From Candidatus Yanofskybacteria bacterium RIFCSPHIGHO2_01_FULL_44_22 (GTDB lineage Bacteria; Patescibacteriota; Minisyncoccia; 2-02-FULL-40-12; GWA2-44-9), in contig MGJJ01000019.1 in NCBI GenBank assembly GCA_001794205.1, positions 1,353-65,352 of the forward strand: DNA of 64,000 bases. The letters run 5' to 3'. The position numbers and the translations under genes were made by a program. Within the stretch, counting starts at the first letter, position 1. The number at the start of each line of letters is the position of its first letter. The notes under the pieces were generated by a model. That model saw only the letters and a list, made by a program, of their open reading frames with translations. It was not told where the DNA came from and searched no databases. Below are positions 7,155-16,000 of the stretch, piece by piece.

Positions 7155-9920
7155 ATGAATTTTCTAAGCAAAATATTTGGAGACGCCAATGAGAGATATA
7201 TCAAATCGCTTCAGCCGATTGTCGTTCGAATAAACGGACTTGAGAAAGATTTTGAAAAACTTTCCGGCGAAGAACTAAAAAATAAAACGGCGGAATTTCG
7301 CAAACAATTAGCGGACGGCAAAACTCTTGACGCTCTCTTGCCCGAAGCGTTTGCGGCCGTCCGCGAGGCGTCAAAGCGTACGCTGAATCAGCGCCATTTT
7401 GACGTCCAACTGTTCGGCGGAATCGTCCTGCATCAAGGCAAAATTGCCGAAATGAAAACCGGCGAAGGCAAAACCCTTGTGGCGACGCTCCCGGCTTACC
7501 TGAATGCTATTACCGGCAAGGGTGTCCATATTGTTACAGTGAACGATTATCTTTCTCGTCGCGACGCCGTTTGGATGGGTCAGATTTACCACGCTCTCGG
7601 TTTGTCGGTGGGTTGTATCAACCACGATTCCAGTTTTTTATACGACCCCCGGCACAGCGAGAAAATACATGAATTGGAAAATAATAAATCCGACGCGCCT
7701 GTTCCAAGCCCCGAATCGGAAGAAGCGCTGTTGGACAAAGAAAGAGATTTGGCCGGCTCCTTTCACGTCGTTCACGAATTTTTAAGACCGGCAACGAGGA
7801 GAGACGCTTATGAGGCAGACATTACTTATGGCACCAACAACGAATACGGTTTTGATTATTTAAGGGACAATATGGCCTATGAATTGGCGGGCATAAGTCA
7901 ATCAAAGGGCCACCATTTTGCCATCGTTGACGAAGTTGATTCCATCCTTATTGACGAGGCTCGCACGCCCTTGATTATTTCGGCGCCGGACACGGAATCA
8001 ACCAAAATGTACGAGACATTTGCCAAAGTTGTGCCGAGATTGGTTGAAAATGACGATTATAATATTGATGAAAAATTAAAAGCTGTCTCAATTACCGAAA
8101 ACGGGATTGAAAAAGTGGAAAAAATGCTTGGCTTGAAAAATATTTACGAAGAAGGAGGCGTCAGAAACGTCCATCATTTGGAGCAAGCTCTAAAGGCGGA
8201 AATTTTATTCAAACGCGACAGGGATTACGTCGTAAAAGATGGAGAGGTGGTTATTGTGGATGAGTTTACCGGCCGGTTGATGCCCGGCCGGCGCTGGTCG
8301 GAAGGCCTTCATCAGGCGGTTGAAGCCAAAGAGGGGGTAAAAATAGAAAGAGAATCCCGCACTCTTGCCACCATTACTTTTCAGAATTATTTCCGCTTGT
8401 ACGATAAATTGGCGGGCATGACCGGAACCGCCCGGACTTCGGCCGAAGAGTTTCACAAAGTTTATAATCTCGGCGTGGTGGAAGTTCCCACGAATAAATT
8501 GATGATAAGAAAAAACGCGCCCGACAGGATTTATAAAACCGAGACCGGAAAATTTCGCGCCATTGTCAGGGAAATAAAAGAACGGCACGAAAAAGGCCAA
8601 CCGGTTCTTGTCGGCACCGTGTCAATAGAGAAAAACGAATTGCTTTCAGCTCTTTTGGGCCGTGAGGGGGTTCCTCATAATATTTTAAACGCGAAAAACC
8701 ACGAGAAAGAAGCTGAATTTATCGCCCAAGCCGGAAGATTATATTCGGTAACGGTGGCGACTAACATGGCCGGCCGGGGCGTGGATATAATTCTTGGAGG
8801 CACTCCTCCTGATGCTGGCGAGGCCAAAAAGGTTCGTGAAGCCGGAGGTCTGCATGTCATCGGCACCGAACGCCACGAGGCCAGGCGGATAGACGACCAG
8901 TTGCGCGGACGCGCCGGCCGGCAGGGCGACCCGGGTTCGTCCCAGTTTTTCATTTCAACCGAAGATGATTTGGCAAGAATATTCGGCGGAGACCGTTTGA
9001 AAAGAATTATGGAAACCTTGGGGGTAGGCGAGGACGATGTTATAGAAAACAGATTTGTTTCCAATGCCATTGGTCAGGCCCAGTCGCGGATTGAAGGCCA
9101 CAATTTTGATATTCGCAAATATGTCTTGGAATACGACGATGTAATGAACAAGCATCGCGAGGCGATTTACCGTCTGCGCAAAGATGTTTTATCGTCGGTG
9201 GGCAATAAAGAAAAAATATTGGAATATTTGGATAAACAGATTGAAAATATAGTAAATTTCCACACCCAAGGACAGGAGTATCAGTGGAACGTGGAAGAAA
9301 TCGCTGAATCGGTTAAAGCGCTGTCTGGTCTTGAATTGCATTCCGAACTTGTTGAAATCGCGAAAACCGGCAGTTCGGAAAAAGTGGGCGAATATCTCAA
9401 AACTCAAATTTCAAAACTTTATGAAGCAAAAGAGAAAGAACTTAACGCGGAAAATATGCGTCCCGAACGAAGCCGCGAGGGCACGCAGCGTGCTTCTGCT
9501 TCGTACGGGATGCGTCAGCTTGAGAAACTAGTTTTATTGAGAACGATTGACGAGTTGTGGATGGACCACATTGACGCGATGGAATATATGCGCGACTCGG
9601 TGCGTTTGAGGGCTTATGGCCAGAGGGACCCGCTGGTTGAATATAAAACAGAAGGCCACAAGATGTTTCAGCAATTAACCGGCGCGATTGAAGCGGAAGT
9701 GGCGAATTTGATATTCAAAGTCGGATTTTTTAATAAGCCCAAACAGGTAAAAACAGAAGAAGGCCGTCCAAATATAATTTCCGGCGAAGAAAACATGATT
9801 GAACAAGAATCCAGATTAAACTTAGACCAGCAACCGGTAGAAACTGAATCTAAAATCGGCAGAAATGAACTTTGTCCCTGTGGGTCGGGGAAGAAATATA
9901 AAAGGTGTCATGGGAAGTGA
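7155..9920 (+). CDS. secA: Preprotein translocase ATPase SecA
   Basis: Canonical SecA N-terminus (MNFLSKIFGDANERYIK). DEAD-like motor motifs (MKTGEGKTLVATLPAYLNA, IVDEVDSILIDEARTPLIIS). C-terminal zinc-binding tail (CPCGSGKKYKRCHG). The ATG at 7155 was chosen because the upstream ORF start overlaps the hpf terminator. Confidence 0.95.
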   Translation: MNFLSKIFGDANERYIKSLQPIVVRINGLEKDFEKLSGEELKNKTAEFRKQLADGKTLDALLPEAFAAVREASKRTLNQRHFDVQLFGGIVLHQGKIAEMKTGEGKTLVATLPAYLNAITGKGVHIVTVNDYLSRRDAVWMGQIYHALGLSVGCINHDSSFLYDPRHSEKIHELENNKSDAPVPSPESEEALLDKERDLAGSFHVVHEFLRPATRRDAYEADITYGTNNEYGFDYLRDNMAYELAGISQSKGHHFAIVDEVDSILIDEARTPLIISAPDTESTKMYETFAKVVPRLVENDDYNIDEKLKAVSITENGIEKVEKMLGLKNIYEEGGVRNVHHLEQALKAEILFKRDRDYVVKDGEVVIVDEFTGRLMPGRRWSEGLHQAVEAKEGVKIERESRTLATITFQNYFRLYDKLAGMTGTARTSAEEFHKVYNLGVVEVPTNKLMIRKNAPDRIYKTETGKFRAIVREIKERHEKGQPVLVGTVSIEKNELLSALLGREGVPHNILNAKNHEKEAEFIAQAGRLYSVTVATNMAGRGVDIILGGTPPDAGEAKKVREAGGLHVIGTERHEARRIDDQLRGRAGRQGDPGSSQFFISTEDDLARIFGGDRLKRIMETLGVGEDDVIENRFVSNAIGQAQSRIEGHNFDIRKYVLEYDDVMNKHREAIYRLRKDVLSSVGNKEKILEYLDKQIENIVNFHTQGQEYQWNVEEIAESVKALSGLELHSELVEIAKTGSSEKVGEYLKTQISKLYEAKEKELNAENMRPERSREGTQRASASYGMRQLEKLVLLRTIDELWMDHIDAMEYMRDSVRLRAYGQRDPLVEYKTEGHKMFQQLTGAIEAEVANLIFKVGFFNKPKQVKTEEGRPNIISGEENMIEQESRLNLDQQPVETESKIGRNELCPCGSGKKYKRCHGK
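9462..9509. mobile_element. 48-nt palindromic mini-element (MITE-like) inserted in-frame in secA, flanked by 6-bp direct repeat ATGCGT (9456-9461 and 9510-9515)
   Basis: Element cccgaacgaag...cttcgtacggg has an inner hairpin gcacgcagcgtgc. A near-identical copy lies in ruvA (27385-27432). It encodes PERSREGTQRASASYG inside an otherwise conserved SecA segment (NAENMR|QLEKLVLLRTIDELW). Confidence 0.6.
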
Positions 9921-9942
9921 AAAATGAAAAAGCCCCGACCAA

Positions 9943-10341
9943 TTATGGGGCGGAGCGTTGGAGAGTTTGTGCGCACTTTGAGCACTTCAATCTTTTTCCC
10001 TTGAGAAAAAGCTTCAATTTGCGAAGAACCTCCTGGAAGTGATTGTACGAATATTGCGGCTGCGTTTTAAAATATGCTCTCCAGATTGCTAAAGTAATTT
10101 GTTCAATCTGTCTCGGATAAAGATAAAATGAAAATCTTTCTTTCCGGCCGCCAGTGTGCGATTCTTTGACGGAAAACTTTAGATAGCAACCTCCGTCGCG
10201 CGCAAGTCCTTTTATTGCTACCATGTCTTCAGGTACATTCAAGTCAATGGAATCGTCCGGTTCAAACCAGTGAAATACAATCTGCCGGCCGACAAGGCTT
10301 TCTCTTGCACAATTATTTTTACGATTTAACTGTTTGGCCAC
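9943..10341 (-). CDS. Hypothetical protein (132 aa), divergent from the nuclease cluster
   Basis: GTG start preceded by a strong SD (agaggagggg). Terminator hairpin gcccc-ataattggtc-ggggc plus TTTTT lies at the 3' end on the minus strand. No recognisable domain. Confidence 0.5.
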   Translation of the reverse strand: MAKQLNRKNNCARESLVGRQIVFHWFEPDDSIDLNVPEDMVAIKGLARDGGCYLKFSVKESHTGGRKERFSFYLYPRQIEQITLAIWRAYFKTQPQYSYNHFQEVLRKLKLFLKGKRLKCSKCAQTLQRSAP

Positions 10342-10554
10342 GAACCCCTCCTCTTATAAAGAACTTCATAGGACCTTGCTTGCGGTAATGGTAACAAACT
10401 ATTGTTTTTTAAGCAATATCATCAACGGCGCCGTGGAATATTTTTCTTTTGGGACGGGCGAGAAAAGCGAAAAGATTGCATCCGCTTGCGTCTGTTGAAC
10501 AAGGGGCAGGGGGGCGGAATGCTTTTAATTTTTATTTTGTTAGGTTAAGATTAA

Positions 10555-11283
10555 TTGAACATGACAGCAAAAATCCAAAACACGATAAAAATATCCAGAA
10601 GTGGACTAAAATTATTTCTTGATTGCCCGAGGTGTTTTTGGCTGGATGTCCATCACAAGATAAAACGCCCGCCGGGATATCCGTATACTTTATCGGCGGC
10701 GGTGGATTATTTGGTGAAACAGGAATTTGACAAATATCGGGTGGACGGCAAGCTGCCGCCTGTTTTTGCGAAAGAAGAACTGGACGCAAAATTATTTTCC
10801 GGAGACAAACTGGCGGATTGGAGAAATAATTTTCGGGGCGTTTCATATTTTGATGAAAACCTGAACGCAATATTGTACGGCGCCGTTGATGATGTGCTTG
10901 AATTTTCCGACGGCTCTTTGGCGGTAGTTGATTATAAATCATCCGGTTCAAAAGAGATAACAATTTACGACGATTACCAAAAACAGATGGAGATTTATTC
11001 CTGGTTGTTGCAGAGAAACGGCTATCAAACCCAGCCCCACGCGTATTTTGTTTTTTATGTCGTCCAGAAAGACGGCGGCGGGTTTACCAATGTTTTGCCG
11101 TTCAGGGAAGAATTAAGGCGTGTTGACGTTAAACCTGATTGGGTCGGCGATACATTTGAAAGAGCGATAGAAACCGCGCGCCAGGAAACTGCGCCGGTAA
11201 ATTCCGACCATTGTGACCACTGTCATTATGTTGACCGGGTGGTAGAAGTTAGAGGGGCGATTCCTTGGGATAGCAATATTTAA
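10555..11283 (+). CDS. Cas4-like PD-(D/E)XK nuclease (RecB-family exonuclease fold with putative Fe-S Cys ligands)
   Basis: N-terminal Cys pair (CPRCFW). DxK motif (VVDYKSSGS). QxxxY-like motif (MEIYSWLL). C-terminal CDHCHY cysteines. This is the arrangement typical of Cas4/DUF83-type nucleases. Confidence 0.65.
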   Translation: MNMTAKIQNTIKISRSGLKLFLDCPRCFWLDVHHKIKRPPGYPYTLSAAVDYLVKQEFDKYRVDGKLPPVFAKEELDAKLFSGDKLADWRNNFRGVSYFDENLNAILYGAVDDVLEFSDGSLAVVDYKSSGSKEITIYDDYQKQMEIYSWLLQRNGYQTQPHAYFVFYVVQKDGGGFTNVLPFREELRRVDVKPDWVGDTFERAIETARQETAPVNSDHCDHCHYVDRVVEVRGAIPWDSNI

Positions 11284-11380
11284 AAACTCGAACTTTCACT
11301 ACCCGGTTGAAATGGCTTCCCAGCACAAAATTACGCCAGATTTAAACATTTAATTTTCCCCGTTTGTTCCATTCAACTCT

Positions 11381-11424
11381 TTTTCTATTATTTACCGTTC
11401 GTACGAACGGTAAATAATAGAAAA
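11381..11424. repeat. 44-nt perfect palindrome ttttctattatttaccgttc-gtac-gaacggtaaataatagaaaa (bidirectional terminator and/or operator)
   Basis: Read directly. It is flanked by T-run and A-run and shares arms (CTATTATTT) and core (TTCGTACGAA) with the palindrome at 12034-12088. Confidence 0.75.
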
Positions 11425-11495
11425 AGCGGAAGCGACTGTTCAAATATTCTGACATTCAAACAATGCTTGCGGAAACAATAAATGTTTAAAAATTC

Positions 11496-12029
11496 ATGAA
11501 AGAAAAATTTATTATTCAATTTTTAGAAGAATTGGTAAGTGCGCTTGGGGAGTTGAGTCGTTCTTTGAGCAGGATTTCTTATAAGGGATTCAGGTATAGC
11601 GATTTTAATACGAACTTGCTTGACCATGGTAAACGATACTCCGGTTTTAAAAATCTGGAACGGCGCGGCATTATAAGAAGAAAAAACGGCGATGAGTTTA
11701 TTTTTACAAAAAACGGGCAAAAGTGGTTTCAAGAATCGCATGCGCGATATTTTAAAAACAAAAACAACGGAAAATGGGACGGCAAGTGGCGAGTTGTGAT
11801 TTTTGACATTCCCCAAGAATTACACAAACAAAGAATAAAATTTCGGACAAAATTATTGAGCTTAGGCTTCAGCGCGTTGCAAAAGAGCGTTTTTGTTTTT
11901 CCTTATCCATGCGATAAGGAATTGGGGGACATATGTGAAAAGCTTGGTATAACTGATTATGTTGACAGGATTGTTGCCGAATCGATTGGTTTCTGCGAAT
12001 CGGGATTTCTTAAAAAATTTGGTTTATAG
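11496..12029 (+). CDS. PaaX-family-like transcriptional regulator (wHTH plus PaaX-type middle domain)
   Basis: WDGKWRVVIFDIPQELHKQRIKFRTKLLSLGFSALQKSVFVF resembles the PaaX WDGKW...GFG region. The N-terminal part is winged-helix-like. Confidence 0.6.
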   Translation: MKEKFIIQFLEELVSALGELSRSLSRISYKGFRYSDFNTNLLDHGKRYSGFKNLERRGIIRRKNGDEFIFTKNGQKWFQESHARYFKNKNNGKWDGKWRVVIFDIPQELHKQRIKFRTKLLSLGFSALQKSVFVFPYPCDKELGDICEKLGITDYVDRIVAESIGFCESGFLKKFGL

Positions 12030-12033
12030 CGTA

Positions 12034-12088
12034 ACACAATGTCCTATTATTTCTCTTTCGTACGAAAGAGAAATAATAGGACATTGTG
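12034..12088. repeat. 55-nt perfect palindrome cacaatgtcctattatttctctttcgtacgaaagagaaataataggacattgtg
   Basis: Read directly. Related to the 11381-11424 palindrome. It lies between the PaaX-like gene and the downstream nuclease gene. Confidence 0.75.
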
Positions 12089-12196
12089 GACAAAATGGCC
12101 AACAGCAGCAGAATCTTTACTCTGCATAAGGCCACACACGGCATAAGGCCGCACACACTCCTTTTTTAATTTAATACACCTGTTATTATTACTTGC

Positions 12197-13639
12197 ATGA
12201 ATCAAAAACCCAAAATCACCGCCGAGCATTTTTATAAATTTTTCCAGTGTCCGCACTGGATTTGGTATGACATTTACGGCGACGCCAAACAAAAAAAACA
12301 CACCCCGCCCCTTTTGGATATTATTTACAAAGGCAAAGTGTCCGAAGCTGAAAAAATTCTAAGCCAGCGCAAACAATTTGAACAGGTAAGGCCGGAGCTG
12401 ATGCGCGACATAGAGGAAGGTTTTTTGGCAACGCTTGAGCTGATGAAACAGGGCAAGAATATCTATCACGGCGTTTTGATGAATGAGGACTGGGTGGGAA
12501 TGCCGGATTTATTGGAAGCCAGACCGGGCAAGTCGGATTTGGGCGCTTGGCATTATGTCGTTTATGACGTTCAGCAGTCGCTTGAATTGCGGGATGAATT
12601 TCGTTTCCAGCTTGTTTTTTACAGCCTGATACTGGAACGGATACAAGGCGTGCGCCCGAGCCACGCTTATATCATAGACCCCGAAGGCAACGAGCGGGCC
12701 TTTTTAATTGACGATTATGTGGAGCAATTCCATCTGTCTCTTGCCCAGATTGAAAAAATTCTGGAAGGCGAAAAACCACTGCCGTTTTTGAAGAGCGGCT
12801 GTCGGCGTACTCCCTGGTATTCTCTTTGCGTTTCCGAAACGGAAGGCTGCAGCGACGTGTCGCTGGTTTACCGCTTGAGCCAGGCGGACCAACGCCACCT
12901 TTACGATATCGGCATAAAAACTATTTTTAATTTGGCTGAGGCCGATGTCAATGATTTAAGGATAAAACTCGAAGATTGGCCGTTCGACAAAATCGTGCGA
13001 TTAAACAATCAGGCCAAAGTGCTTGTTTCGCGGGAACCGCTTATATTAAAAAAGGGCGAATTTCCGTCCGTTAAGAATGAAATATATTTTGACATTGAGA
13101 GCGACCCGACCAGAGACATAGATTATCTGCTTGGTATTTTGGTCAAATCCGGTGGCAAGGGAAACGGTGAGTATCATTATTTTCTAGCCCACAACAAAGA
13201 GGAGGAACCGGAAATGTGGAAAAAGTTTCTGGATTTTCTCGCCGAACTCGACGACTTCGTTATCTATCATTACGCGTTTTACGAGAGGCGGGTTTTTGAC
13301 CGCTTGGCATCTCGCTATGGCGCTCCGGAAAGCTTGGTCGCCAAGTTTAGGGAGAATACGATTGATATCCACTTGAAACTGGTTGAATCGGCGGTTTTGC
13401 CCCTGTATTTTTACAGCCTCAAAGACGCGGCCAAATATTTGGGCTATCAATGGAACGACCCGGAAGCCGGCGGCGCCGAGTCGGTAGTTTGGTATAATGA
13501 TTGGTTGGACAAACACAATAACGCCGTTTTGAAAAAAATTCTCAAATACAACGAAGACGACGTCAGGGCGACTCTGCGTATTAAAGAATGGCTGGAAACG
13601 CAGGCGCCCAAAAAATCCAGAGAAAAATTGGAAGAATAA
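12197..13639 (+). CDS. TM0106-type putative nuclease: N-terminal Cas4-like PD-(D/E)XK domain fused to C-terminal RNase H-like (YprB-type) domain
   Basis: N-terminal FFQCPHWIWYD plus later Cys cluster (CRRTPWYSLC...C). The C-terminal segment has RNase H-like exonuclease signatures (EIYFDIESDP..., YHYAFYERR). Architecture is inferred. Confidence 0.6.
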   Translation: MNQKPKITAEHFYKFFQCPHWIWYDIYGDAKQKKHTPPLLDIIYKGKVSEAEKILSQRKQFEQVRPELMRDIEEGFLATLELMKQGKNIYHGVLMNEDWVGMPDLLEARPGKSDLGAWHYVVYDVQQSLELRDEFRFQLVFYSLILERIQGVRPSHAYIIDPEGNERAFLIDDYVEQFHLSLAQIEKILEGEKPLPFLKSGCRRTPWYSLCVSETEGCSDVSLVYRLSQADQRHLYDIGIKTIFNLAEADVNDLRIKLEDWPFDKIVRLNNQAKVLVSREPLILKKGEFPSVKNEIYFDIESDPTRDIDYLLGILVKSGGKGNGEYHYFLAHNKEEEPEMWKKFLDFLAELDDFVIYHYAFYERRVFDRLASRYGAPESLVAKFRENTIDIHLKLVESAVLPLYFYSLKDAAKYLGYQWNDPEAGGAESVVWYNDWLDKHNNAVLKKILKYNEDDVRATLRIKEWLETQAPKKSREKLEE

Positions 13640-13712
13640 TATTTTAAAAAAATAAAAATCGCCCAAGGTTCGGCCCCTTGAACATATTTTCAGGCGTGTT
13701 ATCATCTCGACA

Positions 13713-15029
13713 ATGATAAATTCCCGGTTGCTAATCGGAATAATAATCATATCTCTTTTTCTTTTCGGTTTTGTTTTTCCCCAGGCCGTAAACAAGGGGG
13801 CCGATTTCGTTAATGGCAAAACGTCCCTCGGTTTGCCCCATTTTTGGAATATGCCGTTCCGTTTCGGTCTCGATTTGCTTGGCGGAACGCATCTTTTGTA
13901 CCAGGCCGACCTTTCGGCCATCGAGCAAAAATCAGAAGCCATGCAGGGGATACGGGATGTGATAGAACGAAGGGTGAATTTTTTCGGCGTGGCCGAACCG
14001 GTTGTCCAAATCCAGGGAGACGACCGCTTGGCGGTCGAATTGGCCGGCATAAAAAACGTCAATCAGGCAATCCGGCTTATCGGCGAGACGCCGTTCCTGG
14101 AATTCAAAGAAGAAAAGCCCGATACCCAGGCGATTCTGGAGGCCCAACAGAAAGGAGAACGGCTGAACGAGGAACCTTTTCAAAACACCGGTTTAAACGG
14201 CCGCCATTTGGCCAAAGCCCAGCTTGTTTTTGACCCCCAGACTTACGCGCCGGAAGTCAGTCTTGATTTGAATGAAGAAGGGGCTAAGCTGTTCGCGGAA
14301 CTGACCAAAAGAAACCTGAATAAAATCATAGCCATCTATCTTGACGGCCTTCCGATTTCAACGCCGGTTGTCCAATCGGAAATTCCCAACGGAAAGGCGA
14401 TTATCTCTGGCAAGTTTACTCCGGCGGAAGCCAAACTCCTTGCCACTCGCCTGAATTCCGGCGCCCTGCCGGTGCCGATAAAATTAATAAGTCAGCAGAC
14501 TATCGGCGCTTCGCTCGGAGCCGCTTCTCTGACCAAAAGCCTTAAGGCCGGCGTTTGGGGTTTGATTTTGGTCGGCGCGTTCATGATTTTTTTCTATCGT
14601 CTGCCCGGAATTGTTTCGGTGATTGCCCTCATTGTCTATGTGTTGATAGTTTTGACGATTTATAAATTGGTACCCGTCACGCTTACTCTGGCCGGCATTG
14701 CCGGTTTCATTTTGTCTTTGGGCATGGCCGTTGACGCCAATGTTCTGATTTTCGCCCGCATGCGGGAAGAGCTGAAGGCCGGGAAAAGTCTTAACCAGGC
14801 GACCCACGAAGGATTTTCCAGAGCTTGGCTCTCAATCCGCGACAGCCACATTACGACTTTCATCGGCGCCCTGGTTTTGTATTTGTTCACCACCTCAATC
14901 GTAAAAGGATTTGCTCTCACTTTGGGCATAGGCGTTCTTACCAGCCTGTTGACTGCCACGGTGGTAACGAGAAACTTTTTAAATTTGTTCATCGGGCAGA
15001 GATTCGAAAAAATAAGAAGGCTATTTTAG
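13713..15029 (+). CDS. secD: Protein translocase subunit SecD
   Basis: LGLDLLGGTHLLYQADLS periplasmic start and a C-terminal 6-TM bundle (GIAGFILSLGMAVDANVLIFARMREE). Confidence 0.9.
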   Translation: MINSRLLIGIIIISLFLFGFVFPQAVNKGADFVNGKTSLGLPHFWNMPFRFGLDLLGGTHLLYQADLSAIEQKSEAMQGIRDVIERRVNFFGVAEPVVQIQGDDRLAVELAGIKNVNQAIRLIGETPFLEFKEEKPDTQAILEAQQKGERLNEEPFQNTGLNGRHLAKAQLVFDPQTYAPEVSLDLNEEGAKLFAELTKRNLNKIIAIYLDGLPISTPVVQSEIPNGKAIISGKFTPAEAKLLATRLNSGALPVPIKLISQQTIGASLGAASLTKSLKAGVWGLILVGAFMIFFYRLPGIVSVIALIVYVLIVLTIYKLVPVTLTLAGIAGFILSLGMAVDANVLIFARMREELKAGKSLNQATHEGFSRAWLSIRDSHITTFIGALVLYLFTTSIVKGFALTLGIGVLTSLLTATVVTRNFLNLFIGQRFEKIRRLF

Positions 15030-15039
15030 AAATATCAAC

Positions 15040-15945
15040 ATGAAAGCAATTTATAAAATTATGTTTTTCTTTTCTCTGGCCCTGACGATAGCGGCTGTTT
15101 CGGCGGTTGTCGTTTTCGGATTGAATCTCGGTGTGGATTTCAAGGGCGGCAGCGTCATGGAGCTTAATTTTAGAAATGAAAGACCGGACATCGAAGACTT
15201 GCGGAAAGCAATATCGGATTGGACGGCGTTTAAAGATGCGGTTTTCAGTCCGGCCGGAGAAAACGGATTACTTATCAAGGGAGGCGAAATATCAGAGCAA
15301 ACCCACCAGGAAGTCATTCAAAAAATTGCAGCCGCGTTTCCTTCAGCCGGTTTGGAAGAGCAGAAGTTTGATTCGGTCGGTCCGGTAATCGGTTCCGAGC
15401 TTAAACGCAAAAGCGTATCCGCCATTTTTCTGGTCCTTGCGGCGATTATTGTTTACATTGCGATTGTGTTCAGAAAACTTTCGCGAACAATCTCCGGCTG
15501 GGCGATGGGACTGGCGGCGGTGGTTGCCCTGCTTCACGACATGCTTATTCCGGTCGGGGTTTTCGCTTTTCTCGGCCAGTATTACGGAGTGGAAATAAGC
15601 GCCGTATTCGTGGCGGCGGTTTTAACGATTTTAGGCTATTCGGTTTCCGATACCGTGGTGGTATTTGACAGGGTCAGAGAGAATATTATAAAACAGGGTG
15701 TGGGCGAGAGAGGCGAGGGATTCGGAGCGGTGGTTCACAAGAGCATACTTCAAACCCTCACCCGTTCTCTCAATACGACCTTTACCACTTTGCTTTCCTT
15801 GGTAGCCATTTATCTGTTCGGCGGCGAGAGTATAAGGTTTTTTGCCCTTGCCTTGATTATGGGAATTTTCCTGGGTGCCTATTCGTCAATCTTTGTGGCT
15901 TCTCCGCTCTTGATTTGGTGGAACAGGCGGACTGGCCGCCGGTAA
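15040..15945 (+). CDS. secF: Protein translocase subunit SecF
   Basis: GLNLGVDFKGGSVMEL start, SecF-type TM domain (GYSVSDTVVVFDRVREN), adjacent to secD. Confidence 0.9.
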   Translation: MKAIYKIMFFFSLALTIAAVSAVVVFGLNLGVDFKGGSVMELNFRNERPDIEDLRKAISDWTAFKDAVFSPAGENGLLIKGGEISEQTHQEVIQKIAAAFPSAGLEEQKFDSVGPVIGSELKRKSVSAIFLVLAAIIVYIAIVFRKLSRTISGWAMGLAAVVALLHDMLIPVGVFAFLGQYYGVEISAVFVAAVLTILGYSVSDTVVVFDRVRENIIKQGVGERGEGFGAVVHKSILQTLTRSLNTTFTTLLSLVAIYLFGGESIRFFALALIMGIFLGAYSSIFVASPLLIWWNRRTGRR

Positions 15946-16000
15946 GCGCTTCTTGTTGACCTAAATTTTATTCTGTAGTATTATAAAATAACAACAAACT

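Noticed and set aside
8675-9070. Antisense ORFs inside secA and similar internal ORFs (e.g. 29054-29725 inside the Mur ligase gene, 57098-57445 inside lysS, 44527-45039 inside polX)
   Set aside because: They are fully embedded in strongly supported genes on the opposite strand and have no start signals. They are typical shadow ORFs.
11496-12029. Cas2 identity for the 177-aa protein (pattern VIFDIP...RIKFRTKLLSLGFSALQKSVFVF resembles the Cas2 beta1-alpha1 region)
   Set aside because: The WDGKW...GFG segment matches the PaaX regulator family better, and the N-terminus is winged-helix-like. No Cas1, Cas9 or CRISPR array is nearby. The Cas2-like resemblance is noted only as a structural curiosity.
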